From Octopus sinensis (lineage: Eukaryota): DNA of 64,000 nucleotides. A model generated the notes under the pieces. The model worked only from the letters and a program-made list of their open reading frames with translations, had not been told where the DNA came from and did no database searches. This document shows positions 38,852-52,179 of this stretch, piece after piece. The DNA is taken from NCBI RefSeq assembly GCF_006345805.1, contig NC_042997.1, positions 118,606,001 to 118,670,000 on the forward strand. Direction: 5' to 3'. The position numbers were made by a program, and so were the translations under genes. Numbering within the stretch: position 1 is the stretch's first letter; each line of letters begins with the position of its first letter.

Positions 38852-40049
38852 TATACTATTTACTATGAATATGCTCAAAGAAATCTCCAAATACTGCGGT
38901 ATTCGTCTTGGGAAGGCATTTCGTACAAACGCATTGTACTAAAGAGCACAGGAATATCAATAACAGGCGACCAATATTCAGTAGAATCGATGGAACAGTT
39001 AGATCAGATGATGTTTGAATATTTCTCCTTCTCCGTTTGTATTTGCACACACATAGTCTCACAGAGGCGCGCGCACACATCATTAATGTAGTGAGATAAA
39101 TAACGACAAACTCAAAGAAGAAGGAATGTTCATATCAATGACATTGAGGAAGTAGAGATAGAGCGGACAATTTTCTAAACAATGTGTTGTGATTTTCTAA
39201 AGAATGCTTGTTTTAACGCACCAAGAATGAAGAATTCATTTGGATAATTGCAATCAATAGTGCTGAGGGGAGAGTATTATGTATGTTAGAGTGAAATACT
39301 TCAAAAAGGAATTTAATAGAGTTACTAGATTAGCGGTACGCTAAATTGAAATCCTTACTGTAAGCAGAAAAATGCGAATGTAATTGTAAGAAAGGCCATA
39401 TTTGTAGCAAGTACAAGGTATACCCAAAATGAGAGCAACATTTCCAGAAACAAAACCTGACCAATGTATTTTCAGCCTTAACTCTCATCAGTCCATTTTA
39501 CAAACGCTCTACTTCAGTTTCTCAGCGACGCTCTGTGTCCTTGGTCTTTATTTCAAATTACTCCAGTCCACTTAACTGGCAAAAATGAGTAGTAACTGTA
39601 TTTCAAAGGGTCAGCTTTGTCACATTTTGTGTCGTGCTGCATCTCCCTGAGAACTATGTTAAGTGTACACGTGTCTGTGAAATGCTCAGCCACTTGCACG
39701 TTAATTTCACTAGCAGGCTGTTCCGTTGATCGGGTCATCTGGAATCCCCATAAGCAAAAGAGTGCTAACTTTCAGCTGCTAGTTGATAGGAAAATTCTGA
39801 ATATCTAACAGTGACACGCAGGAAATCATAGAAATCTGATTGTTCTTCTGAAAGCACCATCATAAATAGCAAAAAAATGATATTTCACAGGATATTAATG
39901 CCACTATCATTTATCAAATACATTCAGATATTTCAAGCTAGTTCACTATATTGGTGACATTAACGATGTCAAGTATCCATAAAAGTTCTTAGTTATATTT
40001 ATCCAGCTTTCCTCAGAATCTGCCACTGAAAATAGGAGCAGATATAATA

Positions 40050-40450
40050 TTGGTTTCAAATTTCGGCACAAATCCAGAAATTTCGTGGAAGGGGATAAGT
40101 CGGTGATATCGACTCTCGGTGCTCTACTGGTGCTAATTGTGTCGACACCCGAAAGGATAACAGGCAAAGTCGACTTCGGCGGAATTTGAACTCAGAACGT
40201 AAAAACGGTCGAAATACCTATTTTTTTACTACCCACAAGGGGCTAAACAAAGAGGGGGCAAACAAGGACAGACAAACGGATTAAGTCGATTACATCGACC
40301 CTAGTGCGAAACTGGTACTTAATTTATCGACCCCGAAAGGATGAAAGGCAAAGTTGACCTCGGTGGAATTTGAACTCAGAACGTAGCGGCAGACGAAATA
40401 CCTCTAAGCATTTCGCCCGGGGTGCTAACGATTCTGCCAGCTCGCCGTCT
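40050..40450 (-). mobile_element. SINE family A dimer
   Basis: Two core blocks joined by the gaaatacctattt junction. Confidence 0.82.
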
Positions 40451-41844
40451 TTGGAGCAGTAATTATATTGCTGCTAAATTTAGATGCAGCAATCTTGGAC
40501 AAATACCAGACTAGCTCTCAAAAATCTCATGCTCTATAGAATTCGAGCCATCATTATGACTGGTTGAGCCAAAGAAGATGTTTTCCTTCCACTCAGTGTT
40601 AAAGGAGTGTATCATTCTTTCTAATAATCTTGTAAAAGCCAGCACAGCTAAAAAAGAAACGTTACTTTTAAACTATTAGCTGTACATACTTGGTATATAT
40701 TATTTCGTACTTGTTTCACTCATTAGACTACGGCCATGCTTGGACACCACTTTGAAGAAATTTTAGTCGAATGTTTCGACCCCAGCTCAATTTTTAAATC
40801 CCGGTACTTATTTTATCGGTCTTGTTCTCCCGAACTGCTAAGTTACAGGGACGTAAACACACCTACACAGGCTGTGAAGCGGTAGCGTGTGACGAATATA
40901 GACACAAAGATGCACACAAACAACACACACACACACATATATATGTATGCATATGAATATGTATATAATTTCTATTTAATAATTTGTATTATATTATCAA
41001 TAATATTAATACGCTTAGTTTTGTTTGTTTTTGTCCGTACTAGTTGTGTGTGTGACACTTACTCCAAAGGAAAAGTGAGTGGCAAGCGAGAGAGAGGAGG
41101 ACAGAGAGGAAGTAAGAAAGAAAGACAGGGAGAATGTTAGAGAGAAAGAGAGAGATAGTGAGAGAGAAAGAGAGTGAGAGAGTGAAAAAGAGATAGTTAG
41201 AGAGAAAGAGAGTGAAAGAGACAGTGAGTGGTGACGCGTTCGTATTGTGTTTTTAAATGTTTATCATATCGCAAGAAGACTAGATACATAAATACAAAGT
41301 GAAGTTGATACATAGAGACATATATATATTGTTAAATTAAAACCGGGAAAGAGGAAGGGACATAGTGGAAGTGAAAGAGAGAAAGTAAGAGAGACATTAG
41401 ATACATAGATGCATATCATTAACGTAGGTCTCAGGGAGATTCAGCCTCACACAGAATATGACAAAGTTGTCTCCTTTGAATTACAGCTACAACTCATTTT
41501 GGCCAGCTGAGTGGACTGGAGCGAGATAAACCTTCAAGTGTTTGGAAGAAAACGAAAAGAAAAAGAATAGGAGCAGGACAATCTTTTTATTCGTTAGGTT
41601 CACTATAGGTGTTAATCGGGTCCTAAGAACGGCATTTGTGGGTTCCACACATGTGGAGGCCAACCCCCAGATAAACACCGATGCGTAGGGTGTTGTTATC
41701 AAAACTGAGCGTGAGTCGAGGGGGAATACACGACGGAATAGGAATTATTTCGTCTTAGCTTTCACTGCTTATACATACATGACATTTTTGCCTTATGATA
41801 TGGAACATTTCCATTTCTTTCACTTAAAAAATGCCACCCCGTCG

Positions 41845-42135
41845 GTTTCGACGACGCGGTTCACGTTTATCTGAATGAACGAACTGTCTGGTCGTAAAAT
41901 CAACGCGCAAGTGGCTGAGTACTCCACAGATATGCATACCATAAAGTTCTCAGGGAGATTTAACCTCACACAGAATGTGACAAGGCTGGACCCTTTGAAT
42001 TACAGCTACAACTCATTTTTGCCAGCTGAGTGGATTGAGGCAAGGTGAAGTAGACTACCTTGCTCAAAAACACAGCGAGCCGCAGGGAATCGTACTCATG
42101 ACTGAGGGCCATATACTCCTAATCACTGAGTTAAG
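41845..42135 (-). mobile_element. SINE family C
   Basis: Reverse complement of the 33841-34150 body. Confidence 0.7.
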
Positions 42136-42803
42136 CACCTTCACTCTCTTAACCGAGGAGAAAAGGAATGAATCGACAGAGACAGAGAAAGGAAAGTCTC
42201 AGTCATTTAACATGATATTAGAGTGAAATTCGATCGATCTTTTCTAGTTTCTTTACTTTTAACAATGAAGAAGAGGGTAAGACATTTAGTAATGAATAGA
42301 AGGAAAGTCTTTCTGGTATTCATATTTTTATTCTGGAAGTTCTAGAACGATCGTCTGTTAGTTCTCTCTTCTTTCCCCCACCCTCGGTACTTATTCGCCT
42401 CCTTTCATAGCTCTTCATGTCTTTTATTGATGGGTGGGCATGATTTTTGTTCAGGTCCATTTAACGTTTTCTCTACAAACTACAGACAAGCCCCGCCTCA
42501 CTTCCTTTTTTTCCTCATACAAAAACTAATGCAAATTTCGAACTTGGTATAGCTCTGAAAAGATCCCAGCAAATTATATATAATAGGAAATGCATCAATT
42601 TCCAAAATCTTCTTCAGTTAAAGGATTTTCAAAATATAACTACTGGGTTTGGTTTCATTATTGCAACTAATACGACTCGATGCCTGACCAAGCTAATCTG
42701 TTCTCAATTTGCTTATGCGGATACTCAAACAACGAATTGGAATAATTTGCCTGGAGTCGAAAATCCCGGTACCGTGCACCGCTTCTAAGCGTAATACAAT
42801 ACC

Positions 42804-42861
<58 letters not shown>

Positions 42862-42926
42862 TGCATGCCTGTATGGAAGTATGCCTGTATGTGTAATATA
42901 TATGTATATATATATATAGCCTCTTT

Positions 42927-43310
42927 GATGATGATGATGATGGCAATCCCTCAAAGTCGAGGATGATGGTCTTCGCGCAAATTTACTGATGAGTCCGTAG
43001 GTGACCGATAAGACCAATTCTTGCTTGAAAAGATCGGTCGCAGTGCGGACATCTAGTGCCGGTATGGAGAGTCGCACGTGGTTGTTGTTGGCGCTCTTTC
43101 CGTCGTCGTCTTTTCTCCTCCAGCTCTGCAGACCTTTTCGACTCGAAAGTCGCCGTTCCTTCATGGATGGTGGTTTTCCAGAATAGTCTGTTTTTTGCCG
43201 TTTCCTCCCAGTTAGTGAAGTCGATGTCACACGGCAAACGTACAAAAGGAGGCCAGAAGAAACGCTACAAGGACTCCCTGAAAACGAACCTCAAAAAGTG
43301 TGACATCGAC
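42927..43310 (-). mobile_element. 5'-truncated, 5'-inverted RTE LINE with (ATC)n tail and 11-bp TSD
   Basis: Minus: CDIDFTNWEETAKNRLFWK...CPHCDRSFQARIGLIGHLRTHQ*, a 3'UTR and an (atc)n tail. Plus inverted piece: SHGKRTKGGQKKRYKDSLKTNLKKCDID. TSD atagcctcttt (42916-42926) / ataccctcttt (43311-43321). Confidence 0.9.
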
Positions 43311-43623
43311 ATACCCTCTTTATAAAGTTGGCAAATGAAATAGAGATAAGAATGTGCATTGTCCGTTTGACTGGAAAATTCTATAAGTGGCTGAAGATTG
43401 GTCGAAATTTTAAAACTGATGTAATACTTACAGTGTTTAATAAAATGAAGTAGCATGAAACAATTGTACTGCTCTACTCGGATATACTTGTTGCTTATTT
43501 TGATTATATATATATATATATATATATAAAATATTATTAGAGACAAAACCACTATTTTGCAAAACAAACAAGGAAAGACTTAATCAATACATAAAATTTT
43601 AATAAATAGTAAAAAAAAAACCG

Positions 43624-43666
43624 CCACTACAATCGTTTCTTGTCTTGATCGACAATCTTCAGGTGG
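43624..43666 (-). ncRNA. Minimal type I hammerhead ribozyme, Penelope-type
   Basis: ccac CTGAAGA ttgtc gatcaa gacaa GAAAC gatt GTA/gtgg; all three stems pair. Confidence 0.78.
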
Positions 43667-43679
43667 ACTTCCAATCTAA

Positions 43680-45240
43680 AAAACAATATTTTAAAATATA
43701 AAAATAATAATTTTAAAATAATTAAAGTATGAATGAAAAAATATAAGTATATAATCCTCCATATATAAACCTATATATAATCCATATATAATCAATATAT
43801 AAACAATATATAAACTAAAAAAAACCTATCAACAATTAAATATAAAATATAAAATATAAAATATAAAATATAAAATATAAAAAACCAAAACAATAAATAA
43901 TAATTATAATAATAACTATATATACACCCATACACATATACCTAATTATATATAACCATATCTAACTAACTACACACTAATCACACACCTATATATATAT
44001 CCCTATACATACACATAAAAACGTCTAGGCAACTATAAATAAATAAAATAGCTAAATACTTCAACACAATACTTATTCATACTCCCACACACACACACAT
44101 ACAACCCACATTCACGCTCTAGAAAACGGACATCACTCAAAACTATGACGGAGAATGGAGTAAATGGAATTAAAAATTATATTCACTTGGTAAAACGAAC
44201 ACTACTTAAAAATTATGAATGAAACAATGCAATAAAACAACAGACAACATCGCAAATAGACACAAATTACTACGAATTCCTTAACAAACCTACCATGATA
44301 AACCAAAACTCATAAAAACATATAATGATAAAATCTCCCTTTACTAAACTCTATAACAAACCTATATAGCAATCCCCCTAACCTAAACATTCACACACAA
44401 ATACACACACGTAAACCACACACCCACGACATATACAAATACCCACACCACTTCACATACCAATACATACATATAAACCTCAACATATACTCCAAAACCC
44501 ACTCAACCCCACACAGACAAATAAACACAAAAATTATGAATGGATTCTTTTATAAAACTACCATGATAAGCTAAAACTCACAAAACAGAAATGATAAACC
44601 CCCTTTACTAAACACTATAACATACTTATATAGCAATCCCTTTAACCTATACATTCACACACAAATACACACACGTAAACCACACACACCTAAAATACAA
44701 ACAAACAACCCACCCCACTCACACACACCCACAAGTACATATAAGCCTCAACATATACACCAAACAAAATTACTTTACCAAGGAACTTAACATATGTATA
44801 AAAAGTATAACCGCTCTGGAAACGAACATCTCTAAATTAATGAATGGAGAAATGGAATAAATGGAATTAAAAATTATATTCACTTGGTAAAACGAACACT
44901 ACTTAAAAATTATGAATGAAACAATGTAATAAAACAACCAACATCGAAAATAGACAAATTACCACGAATTCCCTAAAAAAAAACCATGATAAACCAAAAC
45001 TCTTAAAAACATATAACGATAAAATCTCCCTTTACTAAACTCTATAACAAACCTATATAGTAATCCCCCTAACCTAAACATTCACACACAAATACACACA
45101 CGTAAACCACAGACCCACGACTTATACACATACCTATACTAACTTATAAACCTCAATACACCAAAACCCCACTCCCTCCCCACACAGACAAATTAACACA
45201 TACATCCCAAAACCTAAATAACAAACCCATATACACATTC
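43680..45240 (+). repeat. Strongly G-depleted A/C-rich tract with degenerate tandem copies; possibly a decayed Penelope-like GIY-YIG tail
   Basis: Very few G on the plus strand; copies at about 44116-44530, 44545-44760 (partial) and 44813-45240; IHALENGH at 44110-44133. Confidence 0.5.
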
Positions 45241-45269
45241 ACACACAACACACACACACACACACACAC

Positions 45270-45309
45270 CACACACACACACACATACATATATATATAT
45301 ACATAAATG

Positions 45310-45341
<32 letters not shown>

Positions 45342-45349
45342 CATAAATG

Positions 45350-45381
<32 letters not shown>

Positions 45382-45389
45382 CATAAATG

Positions 45390-45421
<32 letters not shown>

Positions 45422-45429
45422 CATAAATG

Positions 45430-45464
<35 letters not shown>

Positions 45465-45470
45465 TATATA
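45270..45470. repeat. 40-bp compound microsatellite unit, about 4 copies (another at about 45920-45990)
   Basis: acataaatgtatacacacacacacatacatatatatatat repeated. Confidence 0.85.
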
Positions 45471-45491
45471 TATATATATATAATATATATA

Positions 45492-45519
<28 letters not shown>

Positions 45520-45535
<16 letters not shown>

Positions 45536-45961
45536 AATGTGTATCTATCTGTCTATGTTAATCCCTAAAACTTGAGAACTACACAACCAATTTCATTCAA
45601 ATTTTACACATGCCTTACTTAGGGTCCATGTAGTGTCAGAGGCAAAAAAAAAGTTTAACCTCTTGCCTAGGGCGAGCCCACAGCAATATCACATCTTCTC
45701 CATTATTTCAGTATTACGTCTTAAAAGTGAAACAAAAGCATCTCACTATTGTATGTATAGATGTATATATAGATGTACATGTAATATGTACACATGTACA
45801 TACATATATATATATACACGCATACATATATACACCCATACACACACACACCGATCCACCCCTACACACACTGCCCACTCAGTTGTATCTATCAATTTAT
45901 CTTTGTGTGTGTGTGTCTTTGTGTATGTGTGTGTGTATACATATATATATATACATAAATG

Positions 45962-45997
<36 letters not shown>

Positions 45998-46015
45998 ATA
46001 TATATATATAATATA

Positions 46016-46053
<38 letters not shown>

Positions 46054-46510
46054 CATAGTTCTTGAACCGGTACTTCAAGTAACGACTAGGGTAGGGTAAC
46101 TGACTGCTTATTGTGATCATTCGTCTTTTGTTTTCCTTCAGCTTTGCTCTCTTTTACAAACCCAGTGAACATGTATTTCCTATTTCAAAGAAATGTAAAC
46201 AATAGATATAAGACCCAAGTTAAAAAGACTGTCAGCAGTTCAACTTCTCTGGTTGATATTAAGATGCCCACCCACAACAGGGGCCTTAACTCTCAAATTT
46301 TAGAGCTCCATGACCTTCATTTTATAGGAGGAAAATCTTTTTAACAGGTTCAACAACACTAGAATTTTGGAATGAGCGCATAAAAATAAGTAGTATGGGA
46401 TACATGTGGCACGATTACAAATTTTTTAGGGTGTGTAAAGAGGGAATTAACAGGAAAGTCTAATTCTTCAATTGAATGTAACCGGGCAACGCCGGATATC
46501 TCTTGTGTAT
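45520..46510 (+). mobile_element. Probable non-autonomous Helitron interrupted by microsatellites
   Basis: 5' tatatataaactgagaatgtgtatctatctgtctatg...accaatttcattcaaattttacac; 3' hairpin ccgggcaacgccgg (about 46482-46495) closely resembles that of the 55284 element; terminal CTAG degenerate. Confidence 0.55.
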
Positions 46511-47749
46511 GTGTGTATGTATCTGTGTGTTTATGCATAAGTAAACCAGCCCAAACAAACGCAGAAATCGGAATAAGTTGAATGCGGTTCTTTGATTTCA
46601 TTCGGTAATCAGGCGTGGGCCGATATTTGTATCCCAAATTGTGTTCTTACTTCCTTATCGACATCAATTCGCTATAGTCTACAATGTTTGGAATTTTTTT
46701 TTTAATTGCATTCATTTATCCGTTACAAGATCGCTGGTGTGCAACGTCTAATGTATCTATGAATATATCCAATTTATTATACATTCTTTCTCAATATATT
46801 ATTAGTTGCTTAGTATATATTATTAGTTGCTTAGATGGTATGATATACCATCATACAATAATGTGCAATATAGCTCTTTAGTGTATATTCTGCAGCAATG
46901 TAGTACTTTTTATAGTAATTTAGAGGATATTTTAGTATTCATTTACATATATACTATCATTAGTCTAAATGCAATTTGTCAGAATTTTAGCTGACTTTGT
47001 TTTAGTTCATTTCAACTATATTATAATATATTTTATATTTGGCAACTGAAAGTTGTTCCATTATTTTAGATATTGGTGTTGCTTCTTAGTAGCTAAAAGG
47101 CCATTCATCCGGAAGAGAATTTCATGCTTTCAGACAGATGAAATCATAGTAGTAGAGTGTCTTCTTAGCAGACAACTTAAAGAGTCTTGACTCTACAACA
47201 ATTTGGAATTAGTATGTTGTTATATACTTCTGCAACTCGTCTGTGTCCTTAATAGATTTCCTGTCTACGCTGAATCAGATATTGAATTTAGTAAGCTATC
47301 AGATAACTTCCACTGTTCAAACTTCAAAGCAAGAGAAATCCCACATGTGATCTCCGTGGCAAGCAGTCTTTTAGGTTTTCTTTATACAATTACAACTAAT
47401 CTCGAACTAAACAAAATTTTATGAGGAAACAATATCCAGATCTAATTTCCAATATGCATTCGTACCATGTGCACTATCTCTGATTCTGTATATCATCTAC
47501 TCTTTCTTGATGGTAGATCTAGAAATATATTGAAAAAGCTCACTGCTTTGTTGTCGAAAACGTTAGTAAATTCTATTTATTTTCTGCTTCTCTTCCAGTA
47601 CCATTTTGATTTTCTCAAAGAGATATCAAAGTAACTGATGGTAGTTGATTATATTGTAAAATATATTTTGCTTACCATTTATTTTGCTTACCATATATGA
47701 CTATAGCTACAATATGAAACATTTTGAAGCTTATGGATTAAGAATTCAA

Positions 47750-48090
47750 GTGGCAACTGGTACTGTAGATACAATAAAATTCATTGAAAGCTAATTTAGA
47801 ACCTTTATTTCAGTCAGTTAGTTGAACAAAGGGCTCCAAGATGTATTTAACTGCAATACGGAATTTTTCATTTGAAATAACTTGAATTACCTCAGAGTAT
47901 CCAAGATAAAGTTTACAGCTCCACAAATTCTATTTGTTATCCAAATTTCTACACATGACACTGACTTCTGCATAACTCTGTGCATTAAATCTGCGTATGT
48001 GAGTAATACAGAGTCACCGTCTCCAACATATTTATTGATATAATCATTCAATCTTTGTAGACTTAACAGCGTTTAAATTTAATCAGACAT
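47750..48090 (-). pseudogene. Possible Mutator-like transposase remnant
   Basis: SLQRLNDYINKYVGDGDSV in one frame (about 48020-48075) resembles the Y..YxGDGDS catalytic motif; the rest is degraded. Confidence 0.35.
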
Positions 48091-48911
48091 GAAGGCATAT
48101 ATAATAGATATAAATTAATAACAAATATATTAACACGCATATTCTAAATAGTTAATGAGACGACGCTGTAAATTCGAATAAATATCAATGGCGTTAAAAC
48201 TCCGTTAAGTTTATAACATTCCTATCCACTGAATGAGTCTATAATATTTATGAGGGGAAATCTTCGTTGGAGGAGCTAGATTGTTATATATTTAATATAT
48301 TTTATACTAATGACGACTATGAGATAAGGATAGACGAACGACCACCATCATATAAAATTAAGACTATGAAATGAAATAGGAATGCAGTGGTTCTACTAAC
48401 AATACTAGTGAAGATCATAGAAATTCAGGTGGTTGAGAGCTTTTGTATTCGTGATAACTTACTAAAATTTATTTTCAACGAATCTCTATTATATTAGAAG
48501 CTTTTAATGTTTGCTCTTGTAATGATTGCCAGGCAATTGGGTTAATTTAGTATATTTATAATTTAGAGTACTACTGTAACACTAGAAACTGGGTCCCTGG
48601 ATATAAAAGTATCTCACACAGTTTTCATTAAATGAAATTTTAAATTTTAAATTGGGGAAAATATTTTCTGTCAGAGGGGAAAAAGACGTCCCGAGAGAAA
48701 TGTGGGACAATGATTTATAGATTTTCTTATCAGTAGTAAGTTCCACTGTATTTTGAATACTCTCGGATTTACAGATTGCTAGATATAAGGGATCTTCCCT
48801 TCATTAATGAACATGTCACTAATTGAAAAGATTGCTTATAATGTTTAACCATCAACTGTGCTGCACTTCACTTTGATGTGTCCTGATATTTATATAGATC
48901 TACTTTAATCA

Positions 48912-48959
<48 letters not shown>

Positions 48960-49037
48960 GCACACATACACGGACTCACACTCACGCACACATGCATATA
49001 TGTATGATGTGTCAGCATATATATATATATATATGTA

Positions 49038-49198
49038 CTTTATTTAAAAGCAGCAGAAATATAACAAAAGGTGTTACTCAGAGTTTCTCGTTCCCGTTAA
49101 TCGGACAGTTTTTCTATTTTAACAAAACTGTCTGACGAACGGGAATGTGAAACTCTGAGTAACAGCTTTTGTTATATTTCTGCTGCTTTTAAATAAAG
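49038..49198. repeat. 160-bp near-perfect foldback of head-to-head HHR units
   Basis: ctttatttaaaagcagcagaaatataacaaaag..gttactcagagtttc pairs with gaaactctgagtaac..cttttgttatatttctgctgcttttaaataaag. Confidence 0.92.
49124..49169 (+). ncRNA. Minimal type I hammerhead ribozyme
   Basis: aaaactgt CTGACGA acg GGAA tgt GAAAC tctga GTA/acagcttt; GNRA loop II; quasi-palindromic stem III ACTC-T-GAGT. Confidence 0.75.
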
Positions 49199-49273
49199 CA
49201 TATTACTCTACCTCTGGTATTTGCGTACTCTTTTTCCTCCTTGTTTCACATTAAGTGTTTACTCCACTATATA

Positions 49274-49374
<101 letters not shown>

Positions 49375-49420
49375 CTTTATTATTAAAGCTGACGAAACAC
49401 CACAAAAATGTTGCAAAAAA

Positions 49421-49510
49421 CAGCTACTCAGAGTTTCGCTTTACCGTTCGTGGGGCAGTTGTGATCACAGCTGCCTGGCGAACGTGAACTGAAACTCTGA
49501 TTAGCAGCGT
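49421..49510. repeat. Second, decayed HHR foldback of the same family
   Basis: gctgc CTGGCGA acgtgaact GAAAC tctga TTA gcagc; the core and stem III are mutated. Confidence 0.65.
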
Positions 49511-50448
49511 TTTGTGATATTTGTGTGATGTTTTTGCAATTTTAATAATAAAGCATATTATTCTACCTCCAAAATTCGAGTACTATTTTCCCCCATCTTA
49601 TTTTACATTTATATGCTTACTTGGGTATGAGATACTGTACAGCTGGTTGTGGTACAGACGCAAATGGTGTATTAAAACTGAGCGAAACAGATCTTACTTA
49701 AAGAGATACTCCTTATACATACATACATAAATACATATATATATATAGTTATTATATCGTAATGAGATAAAAAAATACAAGGCTGTGTAGATTTAGAAGG
49801 TGTATAGATAGAAGGTCTTACAGCTGTTTCCAGGCTTTTTTATATCCCTTCATCGCAGACGCTGTGGGAGGATGGTTAAGAAATAGTTAATTTAGATAAT
49901 ATATAAAATAGAGAGTGAGGTGGAGGAAATAAAGAAAATAGACGTAAAATATGTAGGGATATTGCACTTGTAGATCTCTTTGTTTAGGTAGAATGAAGGT
50001 ATATATATATAGCATCTTGCCAAAAGACTAACACGTGCATGAATCAAGTATCGTTATCTTGTTCTTTATTTCTCTTGCTTTTTTCTTTCTTACTCAAATT
50101 TGATGAGGGGCTCATCCAAAATGTCAGCATACCTGTTTTCCTTCCCCTTCAATCCATTGTACACAACTATTTAGTTAATTATTTTTTTCAAACTTTTGTT
50201 GCCCATTTTGTGCCACTTATCACGTTGCCCAACTGACCCTCTAAAATTTTCCTTATTTCATTTCTATTATTTTCCATACATACATAGACACACACACTCA
50301 CACACAAACACATGTGTGCGTGCGCTTGTGGGTATGTCTGTATACATTTATTGGCAATTGAATCAAGAAATAAAATGCTTGAACACATCAGGAATGGTTT
50401 GGCTAACGAAATTTATTTGGAAGAATGGAGGAGAAAGAGTGAGTGAGT

Positions 50449-50488
<40 letters not shown>

Positions 50489-51252
50489 AGAGAGGATAAA
50501 GTCAGAAGTGCCTAATGATACGAAGAAAGAAATATTTTTATAGGAGAGTCTACAAGACATAAAATGTAAAAAATATGGAAATGTTTAGAAAATGTTTATT
50601 GTTTCTGTAACCACTTTCAGAGTGTTATGTTACTGGAGGGCGGACGTATGTTGTATGAGATGAAATATGAGGGAGTGTATCAATCATTATGTGTTTGCAA
50701 TATACATCATTATCGATTTCTGTCGCATTGGAACGGACAATATCCTTTAGAAAATTAAATCGCAAATAAAATGCGTAGCCAGGAGTCAATCACCGTTCTA
50801 CTCTCTATAATAATTATAGAAAACCCAACAGAAGAATATTTTGCCATAATTCGTTCTGTGAAAGGACTCAGCATTTTTGTACACAATATCCATGTGTACA
50901 ATAATTTTATTTTTGAATATATTTATTTTATCAACATATTCAATATTATCAATATTTTCATTTACAATCCTCAATTCTACGATTAATATTTTATTTGTTT
51001 CATATCAATTTTCTTTTCTTCTATTTTATCTTAATTACTGCCATCTAAAATTTTATTTTTAAGGATATTGATTTCTATTACAAATGCTAATATTGTGTGT
51101 ATGTTGTCTTTATTTAAAGAGAGAAGGAAAGACAGAGTAAATAGAGTGCGGGAACAAGAGAGGAGAGGAACAGGAAGAAGGGAACAGTTACTTCAGCGTG
51201 TTCACGCTTGCATCATCCTCACCCATCTTCAGCCCCTTACGCTTGAATGGTG

Positions 51253-51370
51253 CTATTCGAATGATCACCAACATTAAAAATATACTCTTTAGTCAAGCTG
51301 TTTTTTATTCTATTCGAATGATCACCAACATTAAAAATATACTCTTTAGTCAAGCTGTTTTTTATTCTAT
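51253..51370. repeat. Perfect 57-bp tandem duplication
   Basis: ctattcgaatgatcaccaacattaaaaatatactctttagtcaagctgttttttatt occurs twice. Confidence 0.92.
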
Positions 51371-51476
51371 ACTCATGAGTATTTAGCAAGACAATGAATG
51401 CTGCTGTCGTTAAATGAAACGTCTTGCAATACGCTCAGTCCCTTAACATTACGATAATCTATCGTGAATTCAAAAA

Positions 51477-52040
51477 GGCGACGAGTTGGCAGAAACGTTA
51501 GCACGCCGGGCGAAATGCGTAGCAGTATTTCGTCAAATTCCGCCGAGGTCGACTTTGCCTTTCATCCTTTCGGGGTAGATAAATTAATTACTAGTTACAC
51601 ACTGGGGTCGATGCAATCGACCTAATCCGTTTGTCTGTCCTTCTTTGTCCTCTCTGTGTTTAGCCCCCTATGAGTAGTAAAGAAATAGGTACTTCGTCTG
51701 CCGCTACGTTCTGAGTTCAAATTCCGCCGAGGTCGACTTTGCCTTTCATCCTTTCGGGGTCGATAAATTAAGTACCAGTTATGCACTGGGGCCGATATGA
51801 TCGTCTTAATCCCTTTGTCTGTCCTCGTTTAGCCCCTTCTGGGAAATTAAAAAAGAATCTATCGTGGATTCAAATCGTTAGTAATGCTGGGAAAATGCTT
51901 AGCGGCATTTCGTTCATCTTGAGTTCAAATTCTGCCGGGGTCGACTTTGCCCTTCAACCTTTCAGAGTCGTTAAAACATGTTGCAGTGGAGCCCGAGGGT
52001 CGATATAACCGACTTTTCCCTCTACTAAAATTTCTGGTCT
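51477..52040 (+). mobile_element. SINE family A multimer plus an adjacent diverged copy
   Basis: Head ggcgacgagttggcagaaacgttagc, then repeated core-tail units joined by aaagaaataggtacttcgtctgccg. Confidence 0.82.
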
Positions 52041-52179
52041 GTTCCAAAATTTGCAAACAATATATCTTGGCATTCAGCGTTGCAGCAATATCCCTTATTT
52101 ACCCGTCAGCATACAATTAGTATTTCTCCGACCCACAGTGTTTGGATTTTAATATTAGTTTAATTTTTGCGCTTGAACG

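Noticed and set aside
43680-44110. Mitochondrial control-region NUMT
   Set aside because: Only compositional resemblance; no mitochondrial gene or tRNA is recognisable.
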